Origin: the human T2T-CHM13v2.0 reference genome, Homo sapiens
Assembly: GCF_009914755.1 (NCBI RefSeq)
Contig: NC_060940.1
Strand: one strand, 5' to 3'
Length of the DNA: 64,000 nt
Positions 16,567 through 29,519 of the stretch are shown in pieces; position 1 is the first letter of the stretch, and every line of letters begins with the position of its first letter. Both the position numbers and the translations under genes were made by a program. Under the pieces are notes generated by a model, which was not told the origin of the DNA, ran no database searches, and saw only the letters and a list, made by a program, of their open reading frames with translations.

Positions 16567-16787
16567 AAGGGTTTCTCAATCTTGGCATTATTGGCAAACT
16601 GGACCGGTGCATGCTTTGCTGCGGAGAGTGTCCTGTGCATTGTGGGTGCTGAGCAGCAGTTCTGGCCTCCAACCGCCAGATGTCGAGAGAGCTTTTCCTT
16701 CTCCCATTGAGACAACCAAAAATGACTCTAGATGCCGCCATGTGTCCCCCGGCGCGCAAAATTGCCCCCTGTTTGACGATCATGGTG
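16567..16787 (+). mobile_element. MER20 (hAT-Charlie)
   Basis: gtttctcaatcttggcattattg...tgtcctgtgcattg...acaaccaaaaatg...aaaattgcccc. Confidence 0.88.
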
Positions 16788-17224
16788 TGAGACGATGTTA
16801 TCATTACCAGTAGATTCATACTAAAATATTTCAGGGTGAAATTTTCACAGTTTATTTTCAGATAGCTTAATCAGAATTGAAAACAGGATAAAGGCAAAAA
16901 GAGAACATTTTTGAAAAAAGAAAAGAATTAAAAAAAAAAAAAAAAGGAAATGGAAGGATAAGAAAAAAAACTATGAGAGCCAAAATTCACAGGCCAGGCA
17001 AGTCACATCAGGCCTCATAGGGGTTGACAAGCTGCAGTGTTGAGTGCTTTACACAGCTGGGCAAGGAGTGAGGACAGCTTCTCCATCCATATGACCCTGC
17101 TTTTAGGAGAGGAATGCGTGTGATACAACATGTAGAATACTGGAGACTCGAGTTTAACCACAGGGTTATTTATTTAATGATGAAAGAGCTAACTAGCAGA
17201 TGCGTATTTTCCTTGGGCATTACA

Positions 17225-17525
17225 CAGAGGACTTACATTAAATTGTCACATAAAAAAATAAAAAGGGTGAGAGAACTGTTCTAAATTTAAAAAGACAAAA
17301 AGGACATAGTTCCAGTGCAGAGGTCAAATTTTTTCAAGCCTGTTAATGACCCTTGAGACCTTTAAATACGGTCCTGGGCATTAGATTTAATTTTGAATCA
17401 AAGTTAATATTCTTAGGTGTGATTCATGGAATTGTGGTTATGTAGGAGACTGTCTTTATTAGGAGATGCATGCTAATGTATTTGGGGAGGATATATCTAT
17501 GTCTTTCAAATGGTTTAGGAGAAAA
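17225..17525 (+). mobile_element. Old L1M (MC/ME) 3' UTR fragment
   Basis: attgtggttatgtaggagactgtc...aggagatgcatgctaatgtattt. Confidence 0.65.
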
Positions 17526-18310
17526 AAATACCTGTAATATATACATGCATCCAAAACTATATATAAACAAAACTATACATATATGTATATAGCTTTTGTT
17601 TTGTTTTCGTTACAAATATATACGTTTGCATACACGTGTATACAAGTGTGTGTGTATGTATATATCTGTGTTTGTGTTTGCATATCCAAACTGCATAGAC
17701 CAAATGGCTCATACCAGGTTTAACGCGAAAGCAAGCCCTCAGATCTGCACGCCCTAGTCTAAGTACAGCAGGGTGTGTGAGATGGTGAGACGCAGTTCAG
17801 GTAGTGCCCATCAGAGATGGAGCTTTGCGGTCAGACATACCTGGATTGCAATCCTCCTTCCACCAGTTAACAGGAAGTTGACTCTTCATGGGTTTTGTAA
17901 CTTTGAAGCCTCAGCAAAGTGGAAATAACACTTTATTTTACACGAAATGGTTGTAAGAGTAGAGGGAGATCGCATATGTGAAAACATGTGTCACGCAGTG
18001 GGTGCCTGCTAATACCTTTTCCCTTCTTTTCTCCATGTTACCCCGACATGTTACAAGGTGGGGAAGATAGTGAATGGTCCACAGTGTGAACAGCAACCTG
18101 TGGGCATCCTCAAATTTGTTTGCATCTCATTTGTGTGTACACGGTATGTTCAAGCAGAGAAAATAGCAGAATTTCCTGATGGTTTTCAATGGTATCAGCA
18201 TGCTTTTATGGTTCGACTTTAGGATCTGATGTTAAACGCAAGGATGTACGCAAATGTTTATTAGTTTCTTATGCATGGAACTGGTGGGTTGCTGGTGTTA
18301 GAGGCTAATG

Positions 18311-18329
18311 TGGCCAGAAGATGGCAGTG
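18311..18329 (+). promoter_or_regulatory. CTCF-like motif
   Basis: TGGCCAGAAGATGGCAGTG; one mismatch to CCASYAGRKGGCRS, in unique sequence. Confidence 0.45.
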
Positions 18330-19326
18330 CACGATAAAGAAAAGCTCCCAGGCGCCAGCCACTGTTTTAATTAGCTAAAAGGAAGACAGGTATGCTTTTA
18401 TATAGTTTTTGATTTTGTAATTTTCCTGAGCAGCCATTGAGGGCAGATGTTTTCATCTTTTCCCCCAGTTTAAGTATCATAGGAGAGGGAATATCAAGAT
18501 GCAATCAATTGCTGGCCACGGCAAACCTCCTGAACTTAAGTCTTGCAAACATCATCAGCTTGTGCCATCTTAGAAATTGCTGCAGTGGAAACAGGCATGG
18601 AGCTATCAATTACTTCTAGGGCTGCAATCCCCTCTGTCCTTGAAAAGGAAGCCAGTTGATTCTGTGAGTGAGATGAGGGGACAGCCACTGGAATGGGAGG
18701 TGGCTTCTTTATCAGTGTCTTAGAAGTTGATCTGGAGCCCTAGAGGAAGAAATTAAAGATCACCTTAAATTGTGCATGAGGGCCTAGCCCCCTGTCGTGA
18801 ATGACCGTTAACTGGTCAGCAAAGTAATTGAAACAGGAAAGTTTGGAGGAAAAGAAAAATTCCTTAAAGCATTTCTTTTTTCTCTTCTAGTTGTTACCTT
18901 TGTCTTTAGAGTGAGTAATCCTTCATGCAAAAGGAGCTAGCATGTTCTCTATACATACGAAGTCCTAGGCATACTTTATACATTTTCTGGCTTTACTTAG
19001 GGTGATCTTCAATTAATCTCTTTGGCAGGTTGTATTAGTAACATTTTACAAAATGGGAAAATGGGGGCTCAGGAATAGTGAGGAACTTGCCTAAGGCTGC
19101 AGGATGACTGAAAATTTACAGGTGAAATTCAAACCTCCATCCCTCATCATTTCCCTATTTCCTGTCCAGAAAGGAATGCTAAATAAATACGAGCTGTCAC
19201 CTTTTATATTCCATTCCTTTTCTTTATTCCTGCTGTACTTACTAACCAAAAATAAAGACAGGAGGTGTTGTTAATCATTACACTGGCAATAAATGACTTT
19301 ACGTAAGTGTACTAAGAGAGGGAGAG

Positions 19327-19651
19327 TTTTTCTTTTTTTTTTTTTTTTTTTTTTGAGATGGAGTCTCACCCTGTTGCCCAGGCCGGAGTGCAGTGGCTGG
19401 ATCTCGGCTCACTGCAACCTCCGCCTCCCAGGTTCAAGCAACTCTCTTGCCTCAGCCACCTGAGTAGCTGAGATTACAGGCATGTGCCACTATACCCAGC
19501 TAATTTTTTTTTTTTTTTTTTTTGTATTTTTAGTAGAGACAGGATTTTGCCGTGTTCGCCAGGCTGCTGTCGAACTCCTCACCTCCGGTGATCCGCGTTC
19601 CTCACTCTCCCAAAGTGCTGGGATTACAGGCATGAGCCACTGTGTCTGGCC
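19327..19651 (-). mobile_element. Alu (AluS)
   Basis: Reverse-complement Alu, expanded mid A-rich linker. Confidence 0.97.
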
Positions 19652-21257
19652 AAGAGTTTCATTTTTTGGTCACACTTAAACCAAGTCCAGACATCATTTG
19701 CTAGTTACACAAAAGTCATCCATACTTATTGTAGAACATTTAAAAATATAAAAAAGGAGAAAAACAAGATGGCCTCATCACTCAAGAATACCAATTTTAA
19801 CAATTTGGTGTCTGCCCCTATCCTTTTTCCCTCCAAGCACCTGAAATTTTAACAAACAGCCTTCACTCAATGTTGTTTTCATTATGTCATGAAAGTGTTT
19901 CCTACAATAATAAATATTTCTGTCTTAAAGCCACCATTATTAATGACTTCATGTCCTCTTCCATCATATGGACATTTTCTAGTATTTAAAAAGCTTTTAT
20001 TTTTGTACACTTAGGTTGATTCCAACGTGACAAAACCAAGCAGGTTCTGTCTAGCTTTTGCAAGACAGAAAAAATACTGCATATTGACAAAAATGTTATT
20101 TGAAAATGTCCCATATGTTTGGCTGGGCCCAGCGCTGTGCTCAGCACTGCATTATTTCATTTAAACCGTGCAGCAGCAGCAGTGGGGACTATCATTTCTT
20201 CTACATATTAAGCAGAGAGAATGTGAAGGAACAAATCCCTTCGATGTAATCAGACAGGTTTCCACGGTTCAGATGTTCTTATCACTCAGGTAGAGGTCTC
20301 AAATTAGATGAGACAGTGGTCAGGGCCATTCATAGCAATCGAAGGCGTCTTTCTTCATGGGAACTTCACAGATTTGTGTGGGCTTAGTCTGAGCCCTCGC
20401 CCCTCCTCCTTTGCTTTATTGATGCTTCAGGAAGCCTGTGGGCCATTCAGTTTCATGTCGATGACAGTACACCTAAGAACTGCTATGCGCAGGCCTCCGT
20501 TGTACTCACAACGCAGCTTGTTTTTGCATAATTTAAGCACTACGTGGTTGTGTCGTTTAAGTTCTGTGAAATTGGTGTTCTTCCATCCATGAAATTATAT
20601 ACATCTTGGGAACATTTCTCAGTTGCTAAAGGGGTGAACACATTCTTCAATAGGGGTGAGACAGCAGTGGAGTTGATAGAGCTTCCCCCCAAAGCACAGG
20701 TATCTCTCCTTGTCCTTTTGAGACACAAAGGTAAGCATTTTCTTCTTTAATGCTAAGGGAACGCAATTGTGAGACTAACCTTCCCATTATGTTTCAGGCC
20801 ATAACTCTTTCCTTTTCTCCCAACCTCCCCCATTACACACACCCAACCCAGTTAACACATCAAGAAACCCACAGATTGCACGTCCTTTTTAAACATTCTC
20901 TGCATTGCTGCTACTGTCTTGTATTTTGAGTGCTTAAGACAATGATAATCTTCCAAGAAATGCTTTTGATTAATTTGTGTACCTGATTTGTGTGTGTATA
21001 TAGATTCTGCTCGTAATGATATGATGTGAAAATACTCATTATATATAACAAACCAATAATATGTCGTCATGGAAAAGCATGGTTAAACTCATTTCAGAAA
21101 TCTTTGCAGTGTTAAAAACAGGAACAGCAGGTATCTAGTTCCTGAAAGAATCACACTTACAGATGAAGGGCTTTTGTTGTTATTGTTATTACTTGGGGCA
21201 TCCATAGAAATACAGATTATGAGTATCCTTTGAATTCTTGGTTTTAACATCAGGTAG

Positions 21258-21520
21258 TAAATACCGTATGTTCTGACTTAGAAGTAGGAGCTAAGCTATG
21301 ACTCTGCAGAGGCACACAGAGTGATATAATCGACTTTGGATACTCAGAAGGGGGAGGTTGGGAGGAGAATGTGGGGGTAATAAACTGCATATTAGGTACA
21401 ATGTACACTACTTGCGTGACAGGTTTACCAATATTTCAGAATTCACCACTATATAATTCACCCATGTAACCAAAAACCACTTGTATTACCCAAAGGCTAC
21501 TGAAATTAAAAATATGTAAA
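21258..21520 (+). mobile_element. L1 (PB/MA) 3' end fragment
   Basis: aaataccgtatgttctgact...gactttggatactcagaagg...aaccaaaaaccacttgta. Confidence 0.85.
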
Positions 21521-21556
21521 GTTAAGTTAAATAATTAAACTTAAAAGTGGTCATCT

Positions 21557-21935
21557 CTGCTAGTCAGGATAAGCTAGTCTGTGCTTCAGTAACAAACATG
21601 TCCTGATATCTTGGTGTTTTATCACTTGCAAGCTTATTTCTTGCCACATAAAATTAACTTCAGGTCTAATAGTTCTATAAGAAGGTTCTCTTCCAAGGGG
21701 AAGTGCCAGGATTCAGGCTGCTCCTGTTTCATCTAGCTGTATTTATGTCCTGTATGGTTTTTCAAAGTTGCAGCGGCCGGGGAGGACAGAGGATGGAAGG
21801 CTCACAGCTACTCTGTTATAGGTCAGCCCAGAGTGGTCACATGACACTCCTCTTACTCCCTATTGGCTAGAACAAGTCACATGGGCCCAACCTAACTCCA
21901 AAGGAGTCTGGGAAATGTGTGCTCAGGAAGCACAA
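21557..21935. mobile_element. Old MLT1 (J/K-like) LTR
   Basis: tagtcaggataagctag...agtaacaaac ... tattggctagaacaagtcacatgg...ctgggaaatg. Confidence 0.6.
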
Positions 21936-22095
21936 AATGAATGATGACACAGTGAATGCATGTTATTTCTCTCCGCCGTATTTTCAAAACAATCATCTTG
22001 AGTGAGAGCTTCAGAAATGAAAGATGACACATGCTAACAAAACCACTCTTGGAAACATCTTCTATGCCAAGCACTGTGCTATGCACCTCACCTGT

Positions 22096-22502
22096 TGTAT
22101 TAGTCCATTCTTGCACTGCCATAGACAAATATTTGAGACTGGGTAATTTACAAAGAAAAGAGATTTCATTGGCTCCGGGTTCAGCAGGCTGTACAGGAAG
22201 CACCACGGCTTCTGGGGAGGTTTCAGAAGACTTTCAGTCATGGTGGAAAAAAAAAAAGAGAAGCAGGCGTGTCTTAGGTGGCTAGAGCAGGAGGAAGAGA
22301 GAGATGGCAGGAGGTGCTACACAATTGTAAACAACCACATCTCATGAGAACTCAGTATCATGAGACAGCACTAGGGAGATGGTGCTAAACCATTAGAAAC
22401 CACCCCCATGATTCAATCACCTCTCATAAGGCCCCACCTTCAACAGTGAGGATTACAATTGGGCATGTGATTTGAGCAGGGACACAGATGCAAACCGTAT
22501 TA
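22096..22502 (-). mobile_element. MST solo LTR
   Basis: tgtattagtccattcttgcactgc...gggacacagatgcaaaccgtatta. Confidence 0.92.
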
Positions 22503-22701
22503 CCTGCATTCTTTTATTTAGACCCCTTGGCAACAGCAGTGGGGATTTTCATTTTCTCCATATAAGAAGTGAGGAGAGAGAGGTTGAGCAAAGTAACTTC
22601 CCAAGCACCGTAGTGGGGACAATAGGAGTCAAACTGAAGACTACCAGAGGTGAAGCCTGTATCACTGTCCAACCAGCCATTTGACCTGCAGATTGGTATT
22701 C

Positions 22702-23250
22702 TTTATTTTATTATTATTATACTTTAAGTTCTGGGATACATGTGCAGCATGTGCAGGTTTGTTACATAGGTATACACATGCCATGGTGGTTTGCTGCACA
22801 CATCAACCCATCATCTACATTAGGTATTTCTCCTAATGCCATCCTTCCCTAGCCCACCACCTCCCGACAGGCCCTGGTGTGTGATGTTCTCCTCCCTGTG
22901 TCCATGTGTTCTCATTGTTCAACTCCCACTTATGAGGGAGAACATGCAGTACTTGGTTTTCTGTTCCTGTGTCAGTTTCCTGAGAATGATGGTTTCCAGC
23001 TTCGTCCATGTCCCTGCGAAGGATATGAACTCATCCTTTTTTATGGCTGCATAGTATTCCATGGTTTATATGTGCTGCATTTTCTTTATCCAGTCTATTA
23101 TTGATGGGCATTTGGGTTGGTTGCAAGTCTTTGCTATTATGAACAGTGCTGCAGTAAACATACATGTGCATATGTCTTTATAGCAGAATGATTTATAATC
23201 CTATGGGTATATACCCAGTAATGGGATTGCTGGGTCAAATGTTATTTCTT
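22702..23250 (-). mobile_element. L1PA 3' end fragment
   Basis: ttattatactttaagttctgggatacatgtgcag...gggattgctgggtcaaatg. Confidence 0.95.
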
Positions 23251-25725
23251 GTTAGAGAGCTTATCCTCTAAGGCTGATTATGTCTGGAGTTTTTGTAGGA
23301 AGTGGTTGCAGGATCCTGAGGTTGAATTGTTTCTTGTTTTCATATGTGTTTATAATTCACATGAAGTGATAGAATAGACTTTGAAATATAAGGAAGGTAT
23401 TTCTCTTAAGTCTTCACCTCCACATATATTATATATGAAAATCTAGATTTATTTGATGTGGGCAATAGATAATACTTTTTTCCTAAAAATATTATTTTTA
23501 TATGGTAATTTCTTCTCATGTGTTTTAAATACTCATCTTCTAAGGCTGAGTAAGTGTATTTAATGCACAAATTTTTTTTATGTTTATGCAAGAGATGTTT
23601 ACACAGGACTTATCTTTCCTGTAAGGTGCCTCAGCCTGTCTATGACAATGTCTACTATAAACAATATCAAAGGGTTTCTGTATTTTATATCTTCCTGAAT
23701 GTAGACATATTCCTTGGGGACAGTTGTCATGAAAATCCTCTGGAAGTACTTTGGTGACATGTCCATCATTCATGTTCTGTTTGGTTCTTCCCTGAAACTC
23801 CCACAACATGGAAATAAACAGAGAGCCCAGCTGTTTTGTTTCTCCGTCTTCCTACGGGGAGAGACTCAATGCACAGACTTCTTGAGCGAGGGCAGTAAGC
23901 TTTGTCTCCTGCAAAGACATTTGTCTCTGAATGTGGTTTCCTTTTGTTTCATGCTTGTGAGTGTGTGCTTGTGTTTGTCAATTGAGAATCAGCAATGAAG
24001 AGGTGTAAGAGTTGACTGTTCCCCAGAGTATAAGGGCAAGCTGATAGAAAATCAGCTTTGGGTATTGATGATAAACAAGTTAATCTTCTTTCGGTAATCT
24101 TTTGAAAAGAATCCTTGCTTTATTTATTTATTTTTGCTTTTTTTCCTGTTGGGAATTATCCGTGAGTGAAATAAAAATGCTTAGAAGATGGTCTTAGATT
24201 TCAGCCTCTAGCTTATAAGGATTGAATAAATGTTTTATTACTCATGAGTTAAAACATAGGCTAATTCAAAAAGAGTTTACTTTAAAGAGCATGACTCTCT
24301 AAGAAGATATTTGATTTTATCTTATTGGAATACTAGGATGTGGAGAAACAATGATAATATGTGTGTTTTTAAGTGTGCATAGAGTGATAACATCACCTAT
24401 GCAATATACGTTTCTAGAAAAGATAATTCACAGATCCATTCGTGACAAAAATTCATATAAAGGGCCATCACACTTTTAAAAAAATGGAGGGACTATTTGA
24501 AATGCAAAATGATTTTGCCTACTATAGTTTAACATTAAAGAAAAAAATAAAATTAACCTATTTGTTTAAAAAAATAGTATATAAGTAAAAGGCAAACAAA
24601 ACCTCAAAGATCATCGTTTCAAAACTATACTAATGAGATGCAGGATGATCTTATGTATCATTATTTAGTAAGACCAAGCAGGGATTGGTTGATTCGTTGG
24701 CTGCTTAGGAATCATAAACCTCTGCTTTTAGTCGATTATAGTACAGTAGGAAGTGGGTTGAATCAAAAACAATATTTCTAACTCCAGGATATTTCAAGTT
24801 CGGTTTGGTTTCTTTTCTTTCTTTCTTTTTTTTTTTTTTTTAACTTTAGAAGTACCATGAGCCAAGAAAGGTAGTGTCCCCAGGCCATCATTTTCCTTCC
24901 TCTAAATTCACATTACTGAATTTCTCCCCGCTTGGACTCTGAAACATAATCAGGGGAATTGGCAGGTTTGGGTTTTCATTTTCACCTCCGGCTAAATCTG
25001 TCAACCTGTGATGAGGTTGGCTGGGCATCATCAGGAAGCGAACTGTTTTCCTATTTGTAGAGTGGAAACAAGTACCAGCGCTTGCAGCTTCCAGTCATTT
25101 TGTTATTCATGTTACATCATGTTCCTTCTGATTGTTAACATGACGATGTCACTGTGTCTTGAGAGATGTTGGGAAAAGTAAAAGGGAATTACAGAGTCCT
25201 GGAAAGAAATCTCCCAACCATGTCTTTTGTATCAAAAAGTGTCTGCTATTAGCTGTGGGGGAGCTAGATGTCACTCCCATCAGAGGATGGTTTCCTGTCC
25301 CTATAAAATTATTCCCGTGTCTATACAGAGCATCTCGATGTGTGCGTGCTGCAGAGGTAGGGGGTGGCAGAGCTTTAAGCCCGTAATAAACATAGCTGTT
25401 TCTTAAGAAAGCTTATTTTGCCATCATTCTTCACTCTTCTCTGTCCATTTCCACCTTCCCAATCCAAACTTGTCACTTTCAACACCTATTAATTCTCCTT
25501 CCTCAGTACCTTTACCATCTATTCCTTTTTCTTTATTTTTTTTTGTGGATGCCAGTCAAGTTTGGGAAGTAAAATCATTCTGAGTAAATGCGTTTCGCAG
25601 GTTTCCCGTTATCACATTACACGCGTTATATGTATCATTTGATATCATCTTTACATCAATCCCAGGAAGAAAGAATGTGTGCCTCCACTGTTTAAGATGA
25701 CCTTGGCTTACAAACGTAAAATGAC

Positions 25726-26298
25726 CATGGCAGGTAGGATAATGGTCCTCCAAACTGTCCACGTCCTAATCCCCAGGAACCATGGATATGTCACCGCACA
25801 TGGCCAAGGAATTTTGCAGATATGATTAAGTTGAGGACCTTGGATTGAGGAAAATTAATTATCCAGATAGGCTCGATGTCATCCCAAGGGTCCTTGAAAG
25901 CTGAGCACTTTTCCTTGCTCTGGTCAGAGGAGAGAAGTGACAGTGGAAGAATGGTCAGAAAGATGCTACTTTTCTGGTTTTGAATATGGAGGAAGGGGCC
26001 ATGGGCCATGGACTGTTGGTGGCCTTTTGAAGCTGGAAAAGTTAGGGACATGGATTTTTCCCCTACAGCTTTCAGAGGAAACACAGCCCTGCCTGTTGAC
26101 ACCATCATTTCAGTCCAGTAAAAGACAAGTCAGACTTTTAATATACAGAACTGCAAGATAATAAACGAGTAGTTATTTTAAGTAAGTTTAATTAAGTAAG
26201 TTAGTGGTAACATATTCTCCTATTTTACAGATGACAAAACCAAGGTAACTATAAAGATTACTTTGTTACAAGTTTAGCATCAATAGGAAACTAACTCA
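25726..26298 (+). mobile_element. MLT1D-like LTR inserted in a MIR
   Basis: tggcaggtaggataatggtcctc...ttttgcagatatgattaagttgagg...caataggaaactaa. Confidence 0.85.
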
Positions 26299-26835
26299 GT
26301 GACCTCCCTGTAAGATCACCCAGGGAGTAAACGTGTGTCTGAGCTGTGGTTTGGATTCATACCTCTCTAACATTAAAGAGCAGATGTCGTTTTCACTAAG
26401 TGTTTCATCCTTCTTTATTTCTTACCTAGATCCTTGAAGTCATTTGATACCTGGTATCTCTCCCTAGAGTTCCTCTCATTTAAATCCATCCTACTCATCA
26501 CTGGTACATTATTCTTCCTAGAACATTGAAATGTTTAACTACTTTCCGTGACCCTGTGGCCTAACAAAGAAACAAACAGCATGTGTCGGCCTCCTGGTTC
26601 CTCTCTGAATTACTTCCACTTAAGTTGTTGATTCACCTACACTCTAGCAAAGCTGGAAAATTTTTGTTGTCCTCCTTCCACCATGCACTTTTCCATCCAA
26701 ACACATTTTTTTTTTTTACTGTTTCTTCCACCTGAATGTGTTTCCCTTTAACCAACACCTAGTTGAAATGCCTACTATATACTCCAAGTCAGAGTAATGT
26801 CTTTATCTTCTGATCTGTTTCAACCCACCTCTGGT

Positions 26836-27912
26836 ATCAACATCATCATCATGATCATTGTCACTATCAGTACTATCACTACCATCATCATCAACATTAT
26901 CTTCATCCACTACCATCACCACCATCATCATCACCATCCTCATCCATTACTATCACCACCATCATTATCAGCATCATCTTCATAGTACTACCATCACCAC
27001 CATTATTATCAACATCATCCCCATCCACTACCATCACCGGCATCATTATCACCATCGTTCTCCTCCACTACCATCACAACCATCATCATCAACATCATCC
27101 CCATCCACTACCATCACCACCATCATTATCACCATCATCCTCCTCTACTACCATCACAACCATCATCATCCTCATCCTCCCCCACCATCACCATCATCAT
27201 CACCATCATCCTCCTCCACTAGCATCACCACCATCATCATCACCATCATCCGCATCCGCTACCATCACCACCATCATCATCACCGTCATCCTCCTCCACT
27301 ACCATCACCACCATCATCATCATCCTCATCCACTAACATCACCACCGTCATTAGCAACATCATCTTCCTCCACTACCAACACCACCATCATCACCATCAT
27401 CCGTCTCCACTAGCATCACCGCCATCATCATCAACATCATCCTACTCCACTAGAATCACCATCCCCATCCACTACCATCACCACTATCATTATCAACATC
27501 CTCCTTCACTACCATCACCACCATCATCATCACCATCATCCTCCTCCACTACCATCACCACCATCATCATCATCCTCATCCACTAACATCACCACCATCA
27601 TTAGCAACATCATCTTCCTCCACTGCCATCACCACCATCATCATCGTCATCATCCTCCACTACCATCACCACCATCATCATCAACACATTTTTATTCACT
27701 ACCATCACCACCACAATCATCATCATCATCCTCATCTGCTACCATCACCACCATCATCATCACCATCATCCTCCTCCACTACCATCACCACCATCATCCT
27801 CATCCTCATCCACTAACATCACCACCATCATTAGCAACATCATCTTCCTCCGCTGCCATCACCACCACCATCATCATCATCATTCTCCACTACCATCACC
27901 ACCATCATCCTT
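26836..27912. repeat. ~1.1 kb (CAT/CAC)n-derived compound tandem repeat
   Basis: Recurrent ccactaccatcaccaccatcatcat units, almost no G on + strand. Confidence 0.97.
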
Positions 27913-27924
27913 ATTCAGCAATTC

Positions 27925-28046
27925 TTTAGTGTTCACAGAGTGCCATATACAATGTTGGATCCTTTATGAGAATCATCTAATTGACTGTTTACCCATATGA
28001 AGTAGACACTATTATTTCTCCTATTTTACAGATGACAAAACCAAGG
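27925..28046 (-). mobile_element. MIR fragment (donor of the 63-bp copy)
   Basis: ccatatgaagtagacactattatttctcctattttacagatgacaaaaccaagg. Confidence 0.7.
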
Positions 28047-29145
28047 TAACTATAAAGATTACTTTGTTACAAGTTTAGTTTTCTATTGTAATATAGGCAT
28101 GTGTTTGTCATATGTCACTACTCAGATGCTGAAATGTTTGAAACAAATTTCAATAATTCAACACCCAGGTTTGGAGAAGAGTTTCATCTTTTGTTTAACC
28201 TCATCATGACTCTGCCAACTGTTGGAGTTTTCCTTGTTCCTGCTAAATAATCCCTTTAGGGCAACTTCTATTGCATATTGTCAGTATTCCACCCATTGTG
28301 CGATTCTCCAATTTTGTTAAATTAGAGAGGAGGTTGGTGTGTGAGTCAATTTTTCTGTCTTATTTATCTTGACAAACAATTTAAGAGATTATCTGGCATT
28401 TGGAGTTGGCGCAGATTAATTATGTAGATTATATCCACAGTTCTCATCCAAATTCCACTATAAACACAAGAAGAAAAAACTGGTTGGTCTTACCATGTGA
28501 ACATTTCATTTTGGATATAAAGAGGGAAATGAAAATGTTGATGATCCAAACCTGCCTGACCCAAGGAAATTCCTAAGTGTTTTAGTTACATGTCCTTGAA
28601 GTTGTTTCTTTACACATTTTGTTCACTGAGGGCCTCTTTACTGGCTTGGGTGCAGGAACTCAGTCTCATGTTTGCCATCCCAAAGTTCTGCCTTACACTG
28701 TGTTGGTCTTATCATGGCCATTGTTTTTCCACATGGTAGCAAGATGGCCACCAGGAGCCACCAGCTCTATCATATCCTCCCAGCAACTCCATTGGTAATA
28801 GGTATAAAAATGAATTCCAGCATTGCCTCTCATTTAACTAATTCAGGGCAAGGGCTTTTCCGTGCATCAGTCACTGTGACGGAACACAGTGATTGGACAG
28901 ACCTGGTCTAGAGTCCAGCCCCGGAGCCCTGGGAACCACACGGCAACACACAGAAGACAGCATGCTTGGTAAACAGGACTAACACTTGTCAGATCTCGGG
29001 GGAAAGGATGTTGCATAGTTCAGTACCACAGGTGTCACTGTAGGTGAAGGGAAAAAAATGACACATAGACATTCTAAAAGCTGCATTTCATATTAAATCA
29101 GCCAGGCTTTGATGCATATGGAGAAGAACTTTTAGATGAATGCTA

Positions 29146-29519
<374 letters not shown>

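Noticed and set aside
20600-20736. Possible exon ending at strong donor AAG|gtaagc
   Set aside because: No convincing acceptor or recognisable reading frame; isolated donors are common.
26858-27586. 242-aa His/Ser/Thr/Ile-rich ORF
   Set aside because: Translation of the CAT/CAC repeat, which rarely generates stops; no gene context.
26836-27912. CRISPR-like or other repeat-spacer array
   Set aside because: No unique spacers, eukaryotic context, no cas genes.
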